From assembly GCF_004010195.1 (NCBI RefSeq), contig NC_057718.1, forward strand, positions 3,978,417 to 4,025,788: DNA of 47,372 nt, written 5' to 3'. The notes beneath the pieces were generated by a model. The model ran no database searches. It saw only the letters and a program-made list of their open reading frames with translations, and had not been told where the DNA came from. Source of the DNA: Chiloscyllium plagiosum (taxonomy: Eukaryota). The first letter of the stretch is position 1; each line of letters starts with the position of its first letter. Made by a program: the position numbers and the translations under genes. Of the stretch, positions 1-13,458 are shown piece by piece.

Positions 1-2280
1 GTCAGTGGGGGAGCACTTTGGGGCCAGCGACCATAATTCTATTAGTTTTAAAATAGTGATGGAAAAGGATACACCAGATCAAACGTTTAAGTTCTAAATT
101 GGAGAAAGGCCAATTTTGATGGTATTAGGCAAGAACTTTCAAAAGCTGATTGGAGGCAGATGTTCGCAAGTAAAGGGACAGCTGGAAAATGGGAAGCCTT
201 CAGAAATGAGATAACAAGAATCCAGAGAAAATATGTTCCTGTCGGGGTGAAAGGGAAGGCTGGTAGGTATAGGGAATGCTGGATGATGAAAGAAATTGAG
301 AGTTTGGTTAAGGAAAAGAAGGAAGCATATGTCAGGTATAGACAGGATAGATCGAGTTAATCCTTAGAAGAGTAAAAAGAAGGTAGGAGTATACTTAAGA
401 GGGAAATCAGGAGGGCAAAACGGGGACATGAGATAGCTTTGTCAAATAGAATTAAGGAGAATCCAAAGGGTTTTTACAAATATATTAAGGACAAAAGGGT
501 AACTAGGGAGAGAATCGGGCCCCTCAAAGATCAGCAAAGCGGCCTTTATGTGGAGCCGCAGAAAATGGGGGAGATACTAAATGAATATTTTACATCAGTA
601 TTTACTGTGGAAAAGGATATGAAAGAAAAAGACTATAGGGAAATAAATGGTGACATCACGCAAAGTGTCCAGATTACAGAGAAAGAAGTGCTGGATGTCT
701 TGAAACAGGTAAAGGTAGATAAATCCCCAGGACCTGATCAGGTGTATCCAAGAGCTCTGTGGGAAGCTAGGGAAGTGATTGCTGGGCCTCTTGCTGAGAT
801 ATTTGTATCATCGATAGTCACAGGTGAGGTGCCAGAAGACTGGAGGTTGGCAAACGTGGTGCCACTGTTTAAGAAGGGTGGTAACGACAAGCCAGGAAAC
901 TATAGACCGCTGAGTCTGACCTCAGTTGTTGTAGGAAATCCTGAGGGACAGGATGTACATGTATTTGGAAAGGCAAGGACTGATTAGGGATAATCAACAT
1001 GGCTTTGTGTGTGGAAAATCATGTCTCACAAACTTGATTGAATTTTTTTGAAGAAGTAACAAAGAGGATTGATGAGGGCAAAGCAGTAGATGTGATCTAT
1101 ATGAACTTCAGTAAGGCATTCGACAAGGTTCCCCAGTGGAGACTGATTAGCAAGGTTAGATCTCATAGAATACAGGGAGAACTAGCCATTTGGATACAGA
1201 ACTGGCTCAAAGGTAGAAGACAGAGGGTGGTGGTGGAGGGTTGTTTTTCAGCTTGGAGGCCTGTGACCAACGGAGTGCCACAAGGATCGGTGCTGAGTCC
1301 TCTACTTTTTGTCATTTACATAAGTGATTTGAATGCAAGCATAAGAGGTACAGTTAGTAAGTATGCAGATGACACCAAAATTGGAGGTGTATTGGACAGC
1401 AAAGAGGGTTACCTCAGATTACAACAGGATCTTGACCAGATGGGCCAATGGGCTGAGAAGTGGCAAGTGGAGTTTAATTCAGATAAATGCGAAGTGTTGC
1501 ATTTTGGGAAAGCAAATCTTAGCAGGAATTATACACTTAATGGTAAGGTCCTAGAGAGTGTTGCTGAACAAAGAGACCTTGGAGTGCAGGTTCATAGCTC
1601 CTTGAAAGTGGAATCACAGGTAGATAGGATAGTGAAGAAGGCGTTTGGTATGCTTTTCTTTATTGGTCAGTGTACTGAGTACAGGAGTTGGGAGGTCATG
1701 TTGTGGCTGTACAGGACATTGGTTAGGCCACTGTTGAAATATTGCGTGTAATTCTGGTCTCCTTCCTATCGGAAAGATGTTGTGAAATTTGAAAGGGTTC
1801 AGAAAAGGGTTACAAGGATGTTGCCAGGGTTGGAGGATCTAAGCTACAGGGAGAGGCTGAACAGGCTGGGGCTGTTTTCCCTGGAGCGTCGGAGGCTGAG
1901 GGGTGACCTTATAGAGGTTTACAAAATTATGAGGGTTATGGATAGGATAAATAGAAAATGTCTTTTCCCTGGGGTCGGGGAGTCCAGAACTAGAGGGCAT
2001 AAGTTTAAGGTGAGAGGGGAAAGATATGAAAGAGACCTACGGGTTAACTTTTTCATGCAGAGGGTGGTACGTGTATGGAATGAGCTGCCAGAGGAAGTGG
2101 TGGAGGATGGTACAATTGCAACATTTAAGAGGCATTCGGATGGGTATATGAATAGGAAGGGTTTGGAGGGATATGGGCCGGGTGCTGGCAGGTGGGACTA
2201 GATTGGGTTGGGATGTCTGGTCAGTGTGGACGGGTTGGACTGAAGGGTCTGTTTCCATGCTGTACATCTCTATGACTATG
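1..2280 (+). mobile_element. CR1-clade LINE (HER1-like), ORF2 RT region and 3' end, disrupted
   Basis: ORF pieces with KSPGPD, NYRP.SLTS, KAFDKVP, GVPQGSVL.P.LF, YADD and RRLRGDLIE. Ends in a (ctatga)n tail and carries stops and frameshifts. Confidence 0.95.
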
Positions 2281-2970
2281 ACCTTGGAGTGCAGGTTCAT
2301 AACTCCTTGAAAGTGGAGTCGCAGGTAGATAGGATAGTGTAAAAGGTGTTTGGTGTGCTTTCCTTTATTTGTCAGAGTATTGAGTACAGGAGTTGGGAGG
2401 TATGTTGCGGCTGTACAAGACATTGGTTAGGCCACTGTTGGAATATTGCATGCAATTCTGGTCTCAAGATGTTGTGAAACTTGAAAGGGTTCAGAAAAGA
2501 TTTACAAAGATCTTGCCAGGGTTGGAAGATGTGAGCTACAGGGAAAGGCTGAATAGGCTGGGGCTGTCTTCCCTGGAGCATCAGAGGCTGAGGGGTGACC
2601 TTATAGAGGTTTACAAAATTATGGGGGTCATAGATAGGATAAATAGACAAAGTCTTTTCCTTGGGGTCGGTGAGTCCAGAACTAGAGGGCATAGGTTTAG
2701 GGTGACAGGGAAAAGGTATAAAAGAGACCTAAAGGGTAACTTTTTCATGCAGAGGGTGATACTTGTATGGAATGAGCTGCCAGAGGAAGTGGTGGAGGCT
2801 GGTACAATTGCAACATTTAAGAGGCATTTGGATGGGTATATGAATAGGAAGGGTTTGGAGGGATATGGGCCGGGTGCTGACAGGTGGGACTAGATTGGGT
2901 TGGGATATCTGGTCGGCATGAAGGGTCTGTTTCCATGCTGTACATCTCTGTGACTCTATCACTCTATGAC
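2281..2970 (+). mobile_element. Second, 5'-truncated copy of the same CR1 LINE, head-to-tail
   Basis: Closely repeats ~1577-2277 and has its own tail. Confidence 0.92.
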
Positions 2971-3079
2971 AACCATATTGCTAATTAATTTTCTCTCATT
3001 GTACAATAACCAGTCTGATGGCCTGCTCTCTAGTTAGTTCCTAGACATATTGGTTGAGGAAACCAACCCTCATGCATTC

Positions 3080-4243
3080 CAGGAAATCCTCCACCATCAC
3101 AGTGCTACAAGTTTGCTTCATCAATGGCCCTCCCTTTATCATAAGATCAGAAGTGGGGATGTTCGCTGATGATTGCTCAATGTTCAGCACCATTCACAAC
3201 TCCTCAGATACTTTCCATGTGCAAATGCAACAAGATCTGGATGATATCCAGGCTTAAGCTGACAATCGGCAAATAACATTAACATCACACAAATGCCAGA
3301 CTATGACCATCACAAATAAGAAACAATTTGAACAACACTCCTTGACATTCCATCACTTAATCCCCCACTATCAACATCCGAGGAATTATTATTGACCAGA
3401 AACTCAACTGGACTCACCATATAAACACAGTGGCTACAACAGCAGGTCAGAAGCTGTGGTGAGTAACTCAACTCCTGGCTCCTCAAAGCCTGTCCACCAT
3501 CTGCAAAATATAAGTCAGGAGTGTCATGGAATACTCCCCACTTGCCTGAATGAGTGCAATCCCAACAAAACTCAAGAAACTGACACATTCCAAGATCCAG
3601 TACCCACTTGATTGGGACTACATCCACAAGCATCCATTCCCTCCAATATCGATGCTCAGTAGCTGCAGTGTGTACTATCTACAAGATGTACTGCAGAAAT
3701 TCACTAAAGATCCTCAGCCAGCATCTTTCAAATCCATTATAGATTAGAGTGGTGCTGGAAAAGCACAGCAGTTCAGGCAGTTGCTGAGGAGCAGGAAAAT
3801 CGACATTTCGGACAAAAGCCCTTCTTTCCCGAAACGTTGATTTTTCTGCTCCTCGGATGCTGCCTGAAGTGCTGTGCTTTTCCAGCACAACTCTAATCTA
3901 GAATTTGGTTTCCAGCATCTGCAGTTCTTGTTTTTACCTATCTTCCAAATCCATGACCACTTCCATCTAGAAGGAAAGGGCAGCAGATATATGGTAACAC
4001 CACCATCTTCAAGTTCCCCTCCAAGACACTCACCATTCTGATCTAGAAATATATCACCATTCCCTTCATGTTGCTGGGTCAAAATGTTGGAATTACTTCC
4101 CTAATGGCATTGTGGGTCAACCCACAATGGGTGGACTGCAGCAATTCAAGAAGCTCACCACCACCTTCTCAAGGGACAACCAGGGTCACGCAATAAATGC
4201 TGGCCAGTCAGCGACAATCACTTCACACAAATGAATAAAAAAA
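3080..4243 (+). mobile_element. Decayed LINE (CR1/L2-like) 3' part, interrupted by a hairpin element
   Basis: GMFADD..MQQDLD motif. The 3' tail sequence recurs elsewhere (e.g. 12955-13170 and 24540-25000, minus strand). Confidence 0.65.
3742..3935. mobile_element. Palindromic Penelope-derived short element
   Basis: gattagagtggtgctggaaaagcacagcag... is paired with its reverse complement ...ctgtgcttttccagcacaactctaatc. Family members occur at 17830, 35886, 42424, 44840 and 46965. Confidence 0.7.
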
Positions 4244-4534
4244 CCTGACCTCGTATCAACCACATCTCTTACCCATGCAATGATCCTGAGAATCTAAATG
4301 TGGACATAGCATCAGGGTTCACCAGGACAAGGATATGGGAGATGGTGAGATTTTTGTGGAGCATGCTAATATGCTGATTTTTGGAATCCTTTCACAGTGC
4401 AAGCAGGCCATTAGGACCATTGCGTCCACATCAACTTTGAAGAGTGTTGCACCCAGACCCATCCCATACCTGTAATTCTGCGTTTCCATTGCTGAACCAC
4501 CCAAACTGTGCATCACTGAACACTATGGGCAAGT

Positions 4535-4722
4535 TAACATGACCAATTCACCTCACCTGCATATCTTTGGAAAGTGGGAGGAAACCGGAGCACCAGAGGA
4601 AACCAACACAGACTTGGGGCAAGCATGCAAACTCCACACAGATGGGTGCCTGAGGTTGGAATCAAACCTGGGTCTCTGACACTGTGTGGCTGCAGTGCTA
4701 ACCACTGAGTCATCATGCCGCC
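4535..4722 (-). mobile_element. HE1-like tRNA-derived V-SINE (partial)
   Basis: tRNA-like A/B-box head plus V-domain, homologous to 18258-18587. Confidence 0.8.
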
Positions 4723-5299
4723 CTCAAAGTTTTCAATTTCTTTTGGAAACATTTTCTTTAACTTTAGCACAATTGATCACAGTGCTCTTGAAGTATCTTG
4801 AAGTCTCCATGTTAGAAATTCTTTGGTCTATGACACCCTACACCAGATTATGGTGATCAAGCCACATACCCTTGTAATAGCAGCATTAGTTGACTTGACA
4901 TTTAGTTTCAAGTTATTCAATGTCAGAAATATTGCCTTCCCTCTTGATTTCAGACAACAGGAATGAAAAGTGGTTCTCTCATGCCCACTTTCAGTATACA
5001 TAGGATACAGGTATTCCAATAATTACGATCTAACCAAGAACATACAATTTGAGTTTTCCTGTGCCCATTTGTGTGAGCATTTTGGATACCATTTTGGGTC
5101 TGAATCCATCACTTTAATTTCCAAGCCATTTACGTTGTCCTGTTACATGTCCCTGAAGCTATTGATTATAGCCTCCATTCCACCTTCCGGGCTCAGGCAC
5201 ATGCACACGACCCCCCCACACCCATGGTTTGTTATCTGTGACATGCACCTCAGGGACTCCATGTATTGCAAAAGATGCACACCACTTTTCTCTTGTTGT

Positions 5300-5905
5300 C
5301 TCCATGTTTAATGAATGAACTCTCTGGATGTACAATCACTTTGAGTGGGTGTCCACACTGACTGAACATGCAGAGTCCATGAAAGGTTTGGCATAGTCAA
5401 TGTGTAACCAGGTCCAGGATTCACCCGGACATTCCCATGAATATGAGGGAGCTGCTAGCGGTAATTTTTGTCCTTGTTGGCACTTTGGGCACTGCTCACG
5501 GCTGTGTCTGTATCCAATCCAATGGCCACCAGACATTACATTCCACCACATTTTCATTTTGAACACCCCTGAGTGACCCTGGTGGAGATCAGCCAGTATC
5601 TGGTGGTAACCTTTGCTCAGTCGAATCACTCCTGCTCCCTACAGTAATCTGCCATCCTCTACAGAAATTGGGGCTCAGCGTTCCAGAAAGGTTTCAGTTC
5701 AGATTGTGATGACCCTTTGACTTCCCCCAACAACACCAGCTGTTTTAGTTTAGCCAGGATCGGATCTTTTTCTGTCCACAGTCAGGTCTGATCAGCGGTG
5801 ACCAGAAGGGTATTCAGAAAGTTTATAATTAGAATGGACCCTTCCAGTGACAGCATCACCGGTGGATTAATCTGCCAGCAGGAGGTGTCTCAAGGCATCA
5901 CATTT
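5300..5905 (-). mobile_element. Ty3/Gypsy pol remnant (integrase zinc finger and start of core)
   Basis: LH.GH.G..KMK..C..CQ..P..W..P..W..LHIDYA.PF motif in ORF 5336-5629. Confidence 0.8.
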
Positions 5906-5929
5906 GCCACTTGGCCATCTGGATAGTTT

Positions 5930-7001
5930 TCTGTCACCAAGTTCCTCTTTATTAGTATGTGACACTGATCCAGCTCCCTCAAAGCCAGCTCTCAGAGTGA
6001 ATAGAAGCCCTGACACTCCATTCATTTTTTTTTCTTTTCTTTTTCTTTTTCTAAGTGCGATAGTGCTTTTTTATTTCCCCAACACCCATGGTGTGTGTGT
6101 GCAGGTGTGAGACACAGTGAAAGACACAAAGTGCACAAATCTTTATTCAATTTCCACCACCAGGAAGATAGGAAAACACCCGGGTGGCCAGTGACAAACT
6201 CTGCCCTTCATATCAAAGGGCAGTGCTGTGTGATCAAAACATTGAAGGGAGGGTAGGGACTAAATCAAAATAGAGTTGGAGGGAGAAATGATGCACTCCA
6301 CTCCCTGTGGCACCCACCTCTCCCTGAACAACTCCAGGGTGTTGGTCGACACCGCGTGCTCCTTCTCCAAGGACACCCGGGCCCTAACGTAACCGCGGAA
6401 GAGGGGCAGGCACACTCCTGTTCATTTTTTTTTTTTTACTCCCTGCGTACATCCCTATTTATTTATTTTTTTTCCTGTTTCTTTTTTTTTCTTTCTTTCT
6501 TTTTTTTATTCCCTTTAACCCCCACACTACCACCTAAGTGCGGTAGTGCTTATTTTATCCCCAGCACCCATGGTGTGTGTGTGCAGGTGTGAGACACAGT
6601 GAAAGACACAAAGTGCACCAATCTTTATTCAATTTCCACCACCAGGAAGATAGGAAAACACCCGGGTGGCCAGTGACAAGCACTGCCCTTCACATCAAAG
6701 GGCAGTGCTGTGTGATCAAAACAGTGAAGGGGAGGGTAGGGACTAAATCAAAATAGAGTTGGAGGGAGAAATGATGCACTCCACTCCCTGTGGCACCCAC
6801 CTCTCCATGAACAACTCCAGGGTGTTGGTCGACACTGCGTGCTCCTTCTCCAAGGACACCCGGGCCCTAACGTAACTGCGGAAGAGGGGCAGGCACACTC
6901 CTGTTCATATCTGTCAGCCAGGGCTTCCTGATTGGACCAGATTAACAGCCTTAATCAGGGAACTCATATTCCATGAGGTCTACCTGGCTGACCTTGTTAC
7001 A
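5930..7001. mobile_element. LTR-like sequence split by Tx1-like insertions
   Basis: 5930-6020 and 6900-7001 match the two halves at 15960-16045 and 20190-20285. Ends in ..gttaca. Confidence 0.55.
6026..6908 (-). mobile_element. Two tandem 5'-truncated Tx1/L1-clade 3' ends
   Basis: Each copy encodes CLPLFR.YVRARVSLEKEHAVSTNTLELF.ERWVPQGVECIISPSNSILI-stop on the minus strand, followed by AATAAA and an A-rich tail. Copies are bounded by acactcctgttcat-like repeats. Confidence 0.8.
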
Positions 7002-7345
7002 ATCCCCACACAGGGCCACAACAGTAAGTGTGTAGGTCCTGCACTGATTTGCCTTACCAAAATGCAACACCTCACATTTGTCTAAATTGAACTCCATTTG
7101 CCAATCCTTGGCCCATTGGCCCATCTGATCAAGGTCCCATTGGATTCTAAGATAAACTTCATCACTGTCCACTGTAACATCTATTTTAGTGTCATCTGTA
7201 AACGAACTAACTATATCTTCAACATTCACATCCAAATAATTTATATGAATGATGAAAAGCAGCAGCATCAATCCCTGTGAAACATTGCTCGGCACAGGCC
7301 TCCAGTCTGAAAAACATCCCACCACCACCACCCTCTGTCTCCTCC
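7002..7345 (-). mobile_element. CR1 LINE RT fragment
   Basis: RRQRVVV..W.PV..FTDDTKI..WQMEFN.DKCEVLH. Confidence 0.85.
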
Positions 7346-7656
7346 CTGCCGGCCAAGTTTGTAACAATTTACAAGCTCCCGCGGATCCCATCTGATGTCA
7401 CTTTACTAACTAATCTTCGGTATGAGGTGGCTATGAATTTATTCCATTCAAGGTCTGCTTTCTGATCTTCAATGAGAGGCATCATCACAAATCCTCCCTC
7501 TGAATTATCTTCACCTTCCAGGAGAGTTTCAGCTGCCCTTTCATTTGTTTGTGATGTCACATCAACCCTTACTGACAGATTTTCTTTACCAATTGCTCTG
7601 GTTCCCACCCACTATGGATAGATCCGAGAAACCTGTTCTGGAAATGTTTTGTTTCT

Positions 7657-8170
7657 TGAACATAAGAACCAGGAGCAGGAGTAGGCCGTCTGGCCCTTCG
7701 AGCCTGCTCTGCCATTTATTAAGTTCATGGCTGATCTTGTCACGTCCTCAGCTCCACTTACTCGCCCTCTCATCATAACCCTTAATTTCTTTATTGTTCA
7801 AAAGTCTATCGATCTTAGCTTTAAAAACATTTAATAAGGAAACCTCAATTGCTTCATTGGGCAGGGAATTCTGCAGATTCACCACCCTCTGGGTGAAGAG
7901 GTTCCTCCTTGATTCAGTCCAAAATCTGCTCCCCTTTCTTTTGAGGCTATGCCAACTTGTCCTATTTTCACCCAACAATGGAAACATTCTCTCTACTTCT
8001 ATCATATCAATTTTTTTCATATTTTATGTTTCTATAAAATTCCACCCTCAATCTTCTAAATTGCAATGTATGTAATCCCAGTCTATTCAATCTCTCCTCA
8101 TAAACCATCCCCCTCAATTCCAGAATTAATCTAGTGAACCTCCTCTGCACGCCCTCTCATCCCAGTCCAT
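7657..8170 (-). mobile_element. CR1 LINE 3' fragment
   Basis: ORF 7748-8020 (..RRNLFTQRVVNL.NSLP..) and a CR1-type tail. Confidence 0.85.
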
Positions 8171-8479
8171 CTTTAAATCTCCTTTGGACATTTTATATTT
8201 GTGGGTGAAGCTGCGAGCTTTCATCCAGCCAAGCCATTTCACAGAAGTGACTCTATGTTTGTGAGACCATGGAGGGGGTTGTGTGGGTGGTAGGGGTGGG
8301 GGGTTATGGGGAATTATTTGTGGTAATAGTAGGAGGATATTGAATGGAAATGTGGAATTGATCCAGGGGATTTACAGAGATATTAATACCATCATAAAGA
8401 GTTGGGCAGTGAGGGGGAGAATGGAGTGTGAGTTGATGCCAATTAAAAGGGCCATGTTCCAGGGCTAAATGTGAGGAAG

Positions 8480-9722
8480 ACAAATGTTGAGGATCAGGCT
8501 AATGAAGATGATTATTTGGGATAAACATTCTGCCAGCCCTTTCCTGATTTGGGGAAAGGAAATGTGCCAATATTCCAGGGTGGGAGACAGATGGCAGGAT
8601 TGGGACCCTGGCTGATATCTTTGCATCATCCCTCTGGAAGACTGGAGAGTAACAAATGTTATGTCCTTATTCCAGAAGAGCTGCAAAGAGAAACCTGGGA
8701 ACTTTCGACTTTATATGCCTTATAAATTTATTAGAGTTCTTTGATGATTTGACTGGAAAGATTGATGAGGGCAGGAGGGTAGGTGTAATCTATGTGGAAT
8801 TCTGTAAGACCTTCAATAAGGTTCCTCATGATAGGCTGGTCAGGAAGGTTAGATTGCATGGAATCCAGGGAGAACTGACAAATTGGATACACAATTGGCT
8901 TAAAGGTAGAAAGCAGAAGATAATAGAGGAAGGATGCTTGTAGGAGTGGAGGCCTGTGACTAGTGGTGTGTCTCAGGGATCAGTACTCGGCCCACTACTG
9001 TTTGTTATCCATATCAATGATTTGGAAGAGAATGTACAAGGCATGTTTAGTAAGTTTGCAGATGACACTAAAATAGACTGTATCATGGGCAGTGAGGAAG
9101 GTTATCTGAAATTGCAGCAAGACCTTGATCAGTTGGGGAAGTGGGCAAAGAAATGGCAAATGGAGTTTAATATCGATAAAGTCAAATCAAGGTTGGAGAT
9201 TCATGGTGAATGGTAGGGCCTTAATGAATGTAGTGGAATAGAGGGAAATTGGAGTTCAGGTACACGGTTTTCTGAAAGCAGAGTCACAATAGGGCAATGA
9301 AGAAGGCTTTTGGCACATTGGCCTTCATCAGTCAGGGCATTGAGTACAGAAGTTGGGAGGTTCTGTTGCAATTGCACAGGATGTTGGTGAGGCCACAATT
9401 GGAGTTTTGTGTTCAGATTTGGTCACCATGCTTCAGGAGGGATGTTATTAAACTGGAAAGAGTGCAGAAGAAATTTACAAGGATATTGCCAGGACTCAAA
9501 GGACTGAATGATTGGGAGAGGTTGCAAAAGCTAGGAGTTTATTTTCCTTTAGAGTGCAGGAGACTGAGGTCGGGGTGAGGGGGGGAGGGGGAGGGATGTT
9601 GGGGGGAGGGGCAGGGAATCTGTGAGATGTGTCAGCATCCATGGACATTATGGTTGACATGGACCAGTTTGGACTGAAGGAGTTGTCTCTGTGCGGTAGG
9701 ACTTTATGATTCTATGATTATG
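8480..9722 (+). mobile_element. Degenerate CR1 LINE
   Basis: NLLEFF, NKVPH, GV.QGSVLGPLLF, FADD and LVRP.LE motifs, with a ctatgatt tail. Confidence 0.9.
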
Positions 9723-9929
9723 ATTGGTTTGGACAAGGTGTCAGGGAGCTGGGTCTCTGAGCAGATCTTGTACATAGGGGGACACAGGCTCAGTTAGTAA
9801 TCAGGTGATTACCAATGCCAGTGAATACTGAGTGATTCTGTATACATGGCAGTGAAACAATTGTGAGGATTCAGGGTCAGGTACTGAGGGAACAGTGTCT
9901 GACTGAGCATGAGATTGGAATAAGGTAAG

Positions 9930-10305
9930 ACAGTAAAATACAGGGATAGAAGTCGGCCATTTGGCCCATCGAGCCTGCTTCACCGTTCAATTGGATCATG
10001 GCAGATCTGATATCCCTCAAACCCACTTTCCTGCCTTTTTCCCATGACTCTTGACTCTCTCACTAATTAAATCTCTGTCCATCTCAGCCTTGTATATCCT
10101 GAATGACCCAGCCATGACAGCCCTCTGTGGGAAAGAGTTCCACAGATTCACAACCTTCTGAGAGAAGAAATTTCTCCTTGACTCTGTTTGAAATGTGTGA
10201 CCCGGTATTCTGAGATTATACCCTCAAGTACGAGACTCGACTGCAAGGGGAAACTACTCTATGCGTTGGCCCTGTATCGCCTCCTCAATATCTTGTAGGC
10301 CTCAC
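9930..10305 (-). mobile_element. CR1 LINE 3' fragment (continues at ~11700-12060)
   Basis: Homologous to the other CR1 3' ends and interrupted by a younger CR1. Confidence 0.7.
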
Positions 10306-10311
10306 TAAGTT

Positions 10312-11690
10312 ACATAGAACATAGAACATAGAAAAATACAGCGCAGTACAGGCCCTTTTACCCTCGATGTTGCGCCAATCCAAGCCCACCTAACCGACAC
10401 TAGCCCACTATCCTCCATATGCCTATCCAATGCCCGTTTAAATGCCCATAAAGAGGGAGAGTCCACCACTGCTACTGGCAGGGCATTCCATGAATTCACG
10501 ACTCGCTGAGTAAAGAATCTACCCCTAACATCTGTCCTATACCTACCCCCCCTTAATTTAAAGCTATGCCCCCTTGTAATAGCTGACTCCATACGTGGAA
10601 AAAGATTCTCATGGTCAACCCTATCTAAACCCCTAATCATCTTATACACCTCTATCAAGTCACCCCTAAACCTTCCTTTCTCCAATGAAAACAACCCCAA
10701 GTGCCTCAACCTTTCCTCATACGATCTTTCTACCATACCAAGCAACATCCTGGTAAACCTCCTCTGCACCCGTTCCAGTGCCTCCACATCCTTCCTATAG
10801 AATGGCGACCAAAACTGCACACAATACTCCAGATGCGGCCGCACCAGAATCTTATACAACTGCAACATGACCTCAGTACTCCAGAACTCAATTCCTCTAC
10901 CAATAAAAGCCAGTACGCCATATGCCTTCTTCACCGCACTATTCACCTGGGTGGCAACTTTNNNNNNNNNNNNNNNNNNNNNNNNNNNNNNNNNNNNNNN
11001 NNNNNNNNNNNNNNNNNNNNNNNNNNTCCTAATCCAAACCTCCAACTCATCCTCAATGCCATACCTCCGTATTTTTTGCAGAAGCCCATCATGGGGAACT
11101 TTATCAAACGCCTTATTAAAATCCATATACACCACATCTACCGCTTTACCCTTGTCTACCTCCTTAGTCACCTTCTCAAAGAATTTGATAAGGTTTGTGA
11201 GGCACGACCTGCCCTTCACAAAACCATGCTGGCTATCCTTGATCACATTATTCCTATCCAGATGTTCATAAATCCTATCCCTTACAATTCTCTCCATGAT
11301 TTTGCCCACAACAGAAGTGAGACTCACCGGCCTATAGTTACTAGGGTTATCCCTACTCCCCTTCTTGAACAAGGGAACCACATTTGCTAGCCTCCAATTT
11401 TCTGGCACTACTCCTGTAGACAACGAGGACATAAACATCAAGGCCAATGGCTCTGCAATCTCCTTCCTTGCTTCCCAGAGAATCCTAGGATAAATGCCAT
11501 CAGGCCCAGGGGACTTATCTATTTTCACCCTTTCCAGAATTTCCAACACCTCTTCCCTACATAACTCAAAGCCGTCCATTCTAATTAATTGTGACTCAGT
11601 ATTCACATTGGCAACAGTGTCCTGTTCCTGAGTGAATACTGACGAGAAGTATTCATTCAGTGTCTCCCCAATCTCTTCAGCCTCTTCAGT
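10312..11690 (-). mobile_element. Relatively young CR1 LINE ORF2 fragment spanning an assembly gap
   Basis: Open frame either side of 65 Ns (10962-11026), CR1 motifs and an (atagaac)n tail. Confidence 0.92.
10962..11026. other. Assembly gap
   Basis: 65 N. Confidence 1.
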
Positions 11691-12064
11691 TCTTCTCATA
11701 TTCTCCTAAACCCAGATGAGTACAGGCCCAACCTACTCACCATCTCTTCATAAGAATATCCCTCCTCATCCAGGATCAACCGAGTGAACCTTCTCTGGAT
11801 TGCCTCCAATGTCAGTGTATTTTTCCTCAGATTAGGGGCCCACAACAGCCCACATTATTCCAGCTCTGGTCTAACTAGTGTCTTGTATAGTTGTAGCAAA
11901 GTCTCCCTCTTTGTATCCCCCATTCCCTTTGAAATAAAGGCCAATATTCCATCTTCCCTCCTTACTCCCTAATGAACTTGAATGCTAGCTTTCGGTGATT
12001 CATACACACTCTCCAACCCTCTCAGTCCCTCTGTGCTGGGCTGTCAAGCAGTCTTTCCCCTCAT

Positions 12065-12355
12065 GGGAGGCAATGACCAAGTGGGATCATCATTAGATTA
12101 TTAATCCAGAGACCCAGGACTTGTTCTGAGACTCCATATTCAAATCCCTCCATGGAAAATGCTGGAATTTGAATTCCTTAAAAACATGGAAGTAAACATC
12201 TGATGATGACCATGAAATGATTGTTCACGAAACACCCATCTGGTTTACTGCCATTCTTACTGGTTTGGCCTGCATGTGACTGCACCCTGAGCAATTATGG
12301 ATCAGTAACAAATGCTGGCTTAGCCAACAATGTTCACATCTTGAATGAAGAAATA
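12065..12355 (+). mobile_element. Old tRNA-derived SINE
   Basis: Degenerate A/B-box head and the LINE-type tail aaatgctggc..gccaacaatg..cacatc. Confidence 0.5.
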
Positions 12356-13458
12356 AAATCGTATTCTTCCTGTTGAAATGCATAGCCTTGCATTTCCCCA
12401 CAATACATTTCATCTGTCAACATGTTGCCCACTCATTGAACTTGTCTATAGCCCTGTGCAGATACTTTTTGTCATTCTCACCACTCGTCGTCCCATTTAT
12501 TTTTGTGCCAACCATTAACTTTGCTGCACTAGATTCACTTTCCTCATCTAATCATTAATATTGATTGTTAATAACTGTGGCCCAGCACTGAGCCCTGTGA
12601 CACTTCACAAATTGCAGGTTTGTTACCCTGAAAATGCACCTTTTGTCACAATCCCTGTCAATGTTTTGCTAACCAATCCTCTGTCCATACTACCTCCAAA
12701 ATCAAGGCCTCTCATCTTATTCAGTCGCCTGATATGTGGTACCTTATTAAAAGTGTTTTGCAAATCCAATTGCATGACATTGACTGGATGACCTTTATCT
12801 ATCCTGCTTTTTACCTCATCAAAGTGTTCCAGTACATTTGTCTGGCATTATTTATCCTTTGTGACGCTATGCTGATTCATGTTTGACATTTCTAAATGTT
12901 CTGCCAATACTATCACCATCACCATTATCACTATCATTATTATTGTTGCTATTGCTATGGGTGAGCTGTCTCCTTGAACCACTGCAGTCCATGACCTGCA
13001 GGTAGACCCATAATGCCCTTAGAGAGAGAATTCCAGCATTTTGACCCAGCGACACTGAATGAACAGTGATATATTTTCAAGTCAGAATGGTAAGTGGCTT
13101 GGAAGAGGTCTTGCAGGGGTTGGTGGTCCCATGTATCTGCTGCACTTGCCCTTTCAAATGGAAGTGAATGTGGGTTTTGATCGTGCTGCAGAAGACGTTG
13201 CTTTGTCCAAAATGTTGAAGAGATTTTCAACAGAATTAAAAAATATTATTTCACACTCAGTTTATTTAATTATTTCTGTTTCTGTTGATGGACTTTGTTT
13301 GATCTGTATCGGTCCCAACTGCAGCTTAATGGTTTTGTGTTCTCTCCTGTTCTCTCTGTTTAACTCAAAACTCCCACGACTCTGTCAAATCCTTTCAATA
13401 TGGCAGTACAGGGAATCTGGTCTTGTGGGAATAAAAGTATTGTTTTTTTTCTTTAAAA

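Noticed and set aside
6113-6143. CACAGTG followed by ACAAATCTT as a possible RSS
   Set aside because: The spacer is 15 nt (not 12 or 23), it lies in a Tx1 3' UTR, and no gene segment is adjacent.
10305-11699. 464-aa ORF as an intact gene
   Set aside because: It is a CR1 ORF2 fragment read through an N gap, with the RT core missing.
13059-13458. N-terminal ORF extensions of the V exons (also 20496-20658, 27195-27240, 27589-27734) as signal peptides or tails
   Set aside because: They are read-through into introns beyond clear splice sites and are partly repeat-derived.
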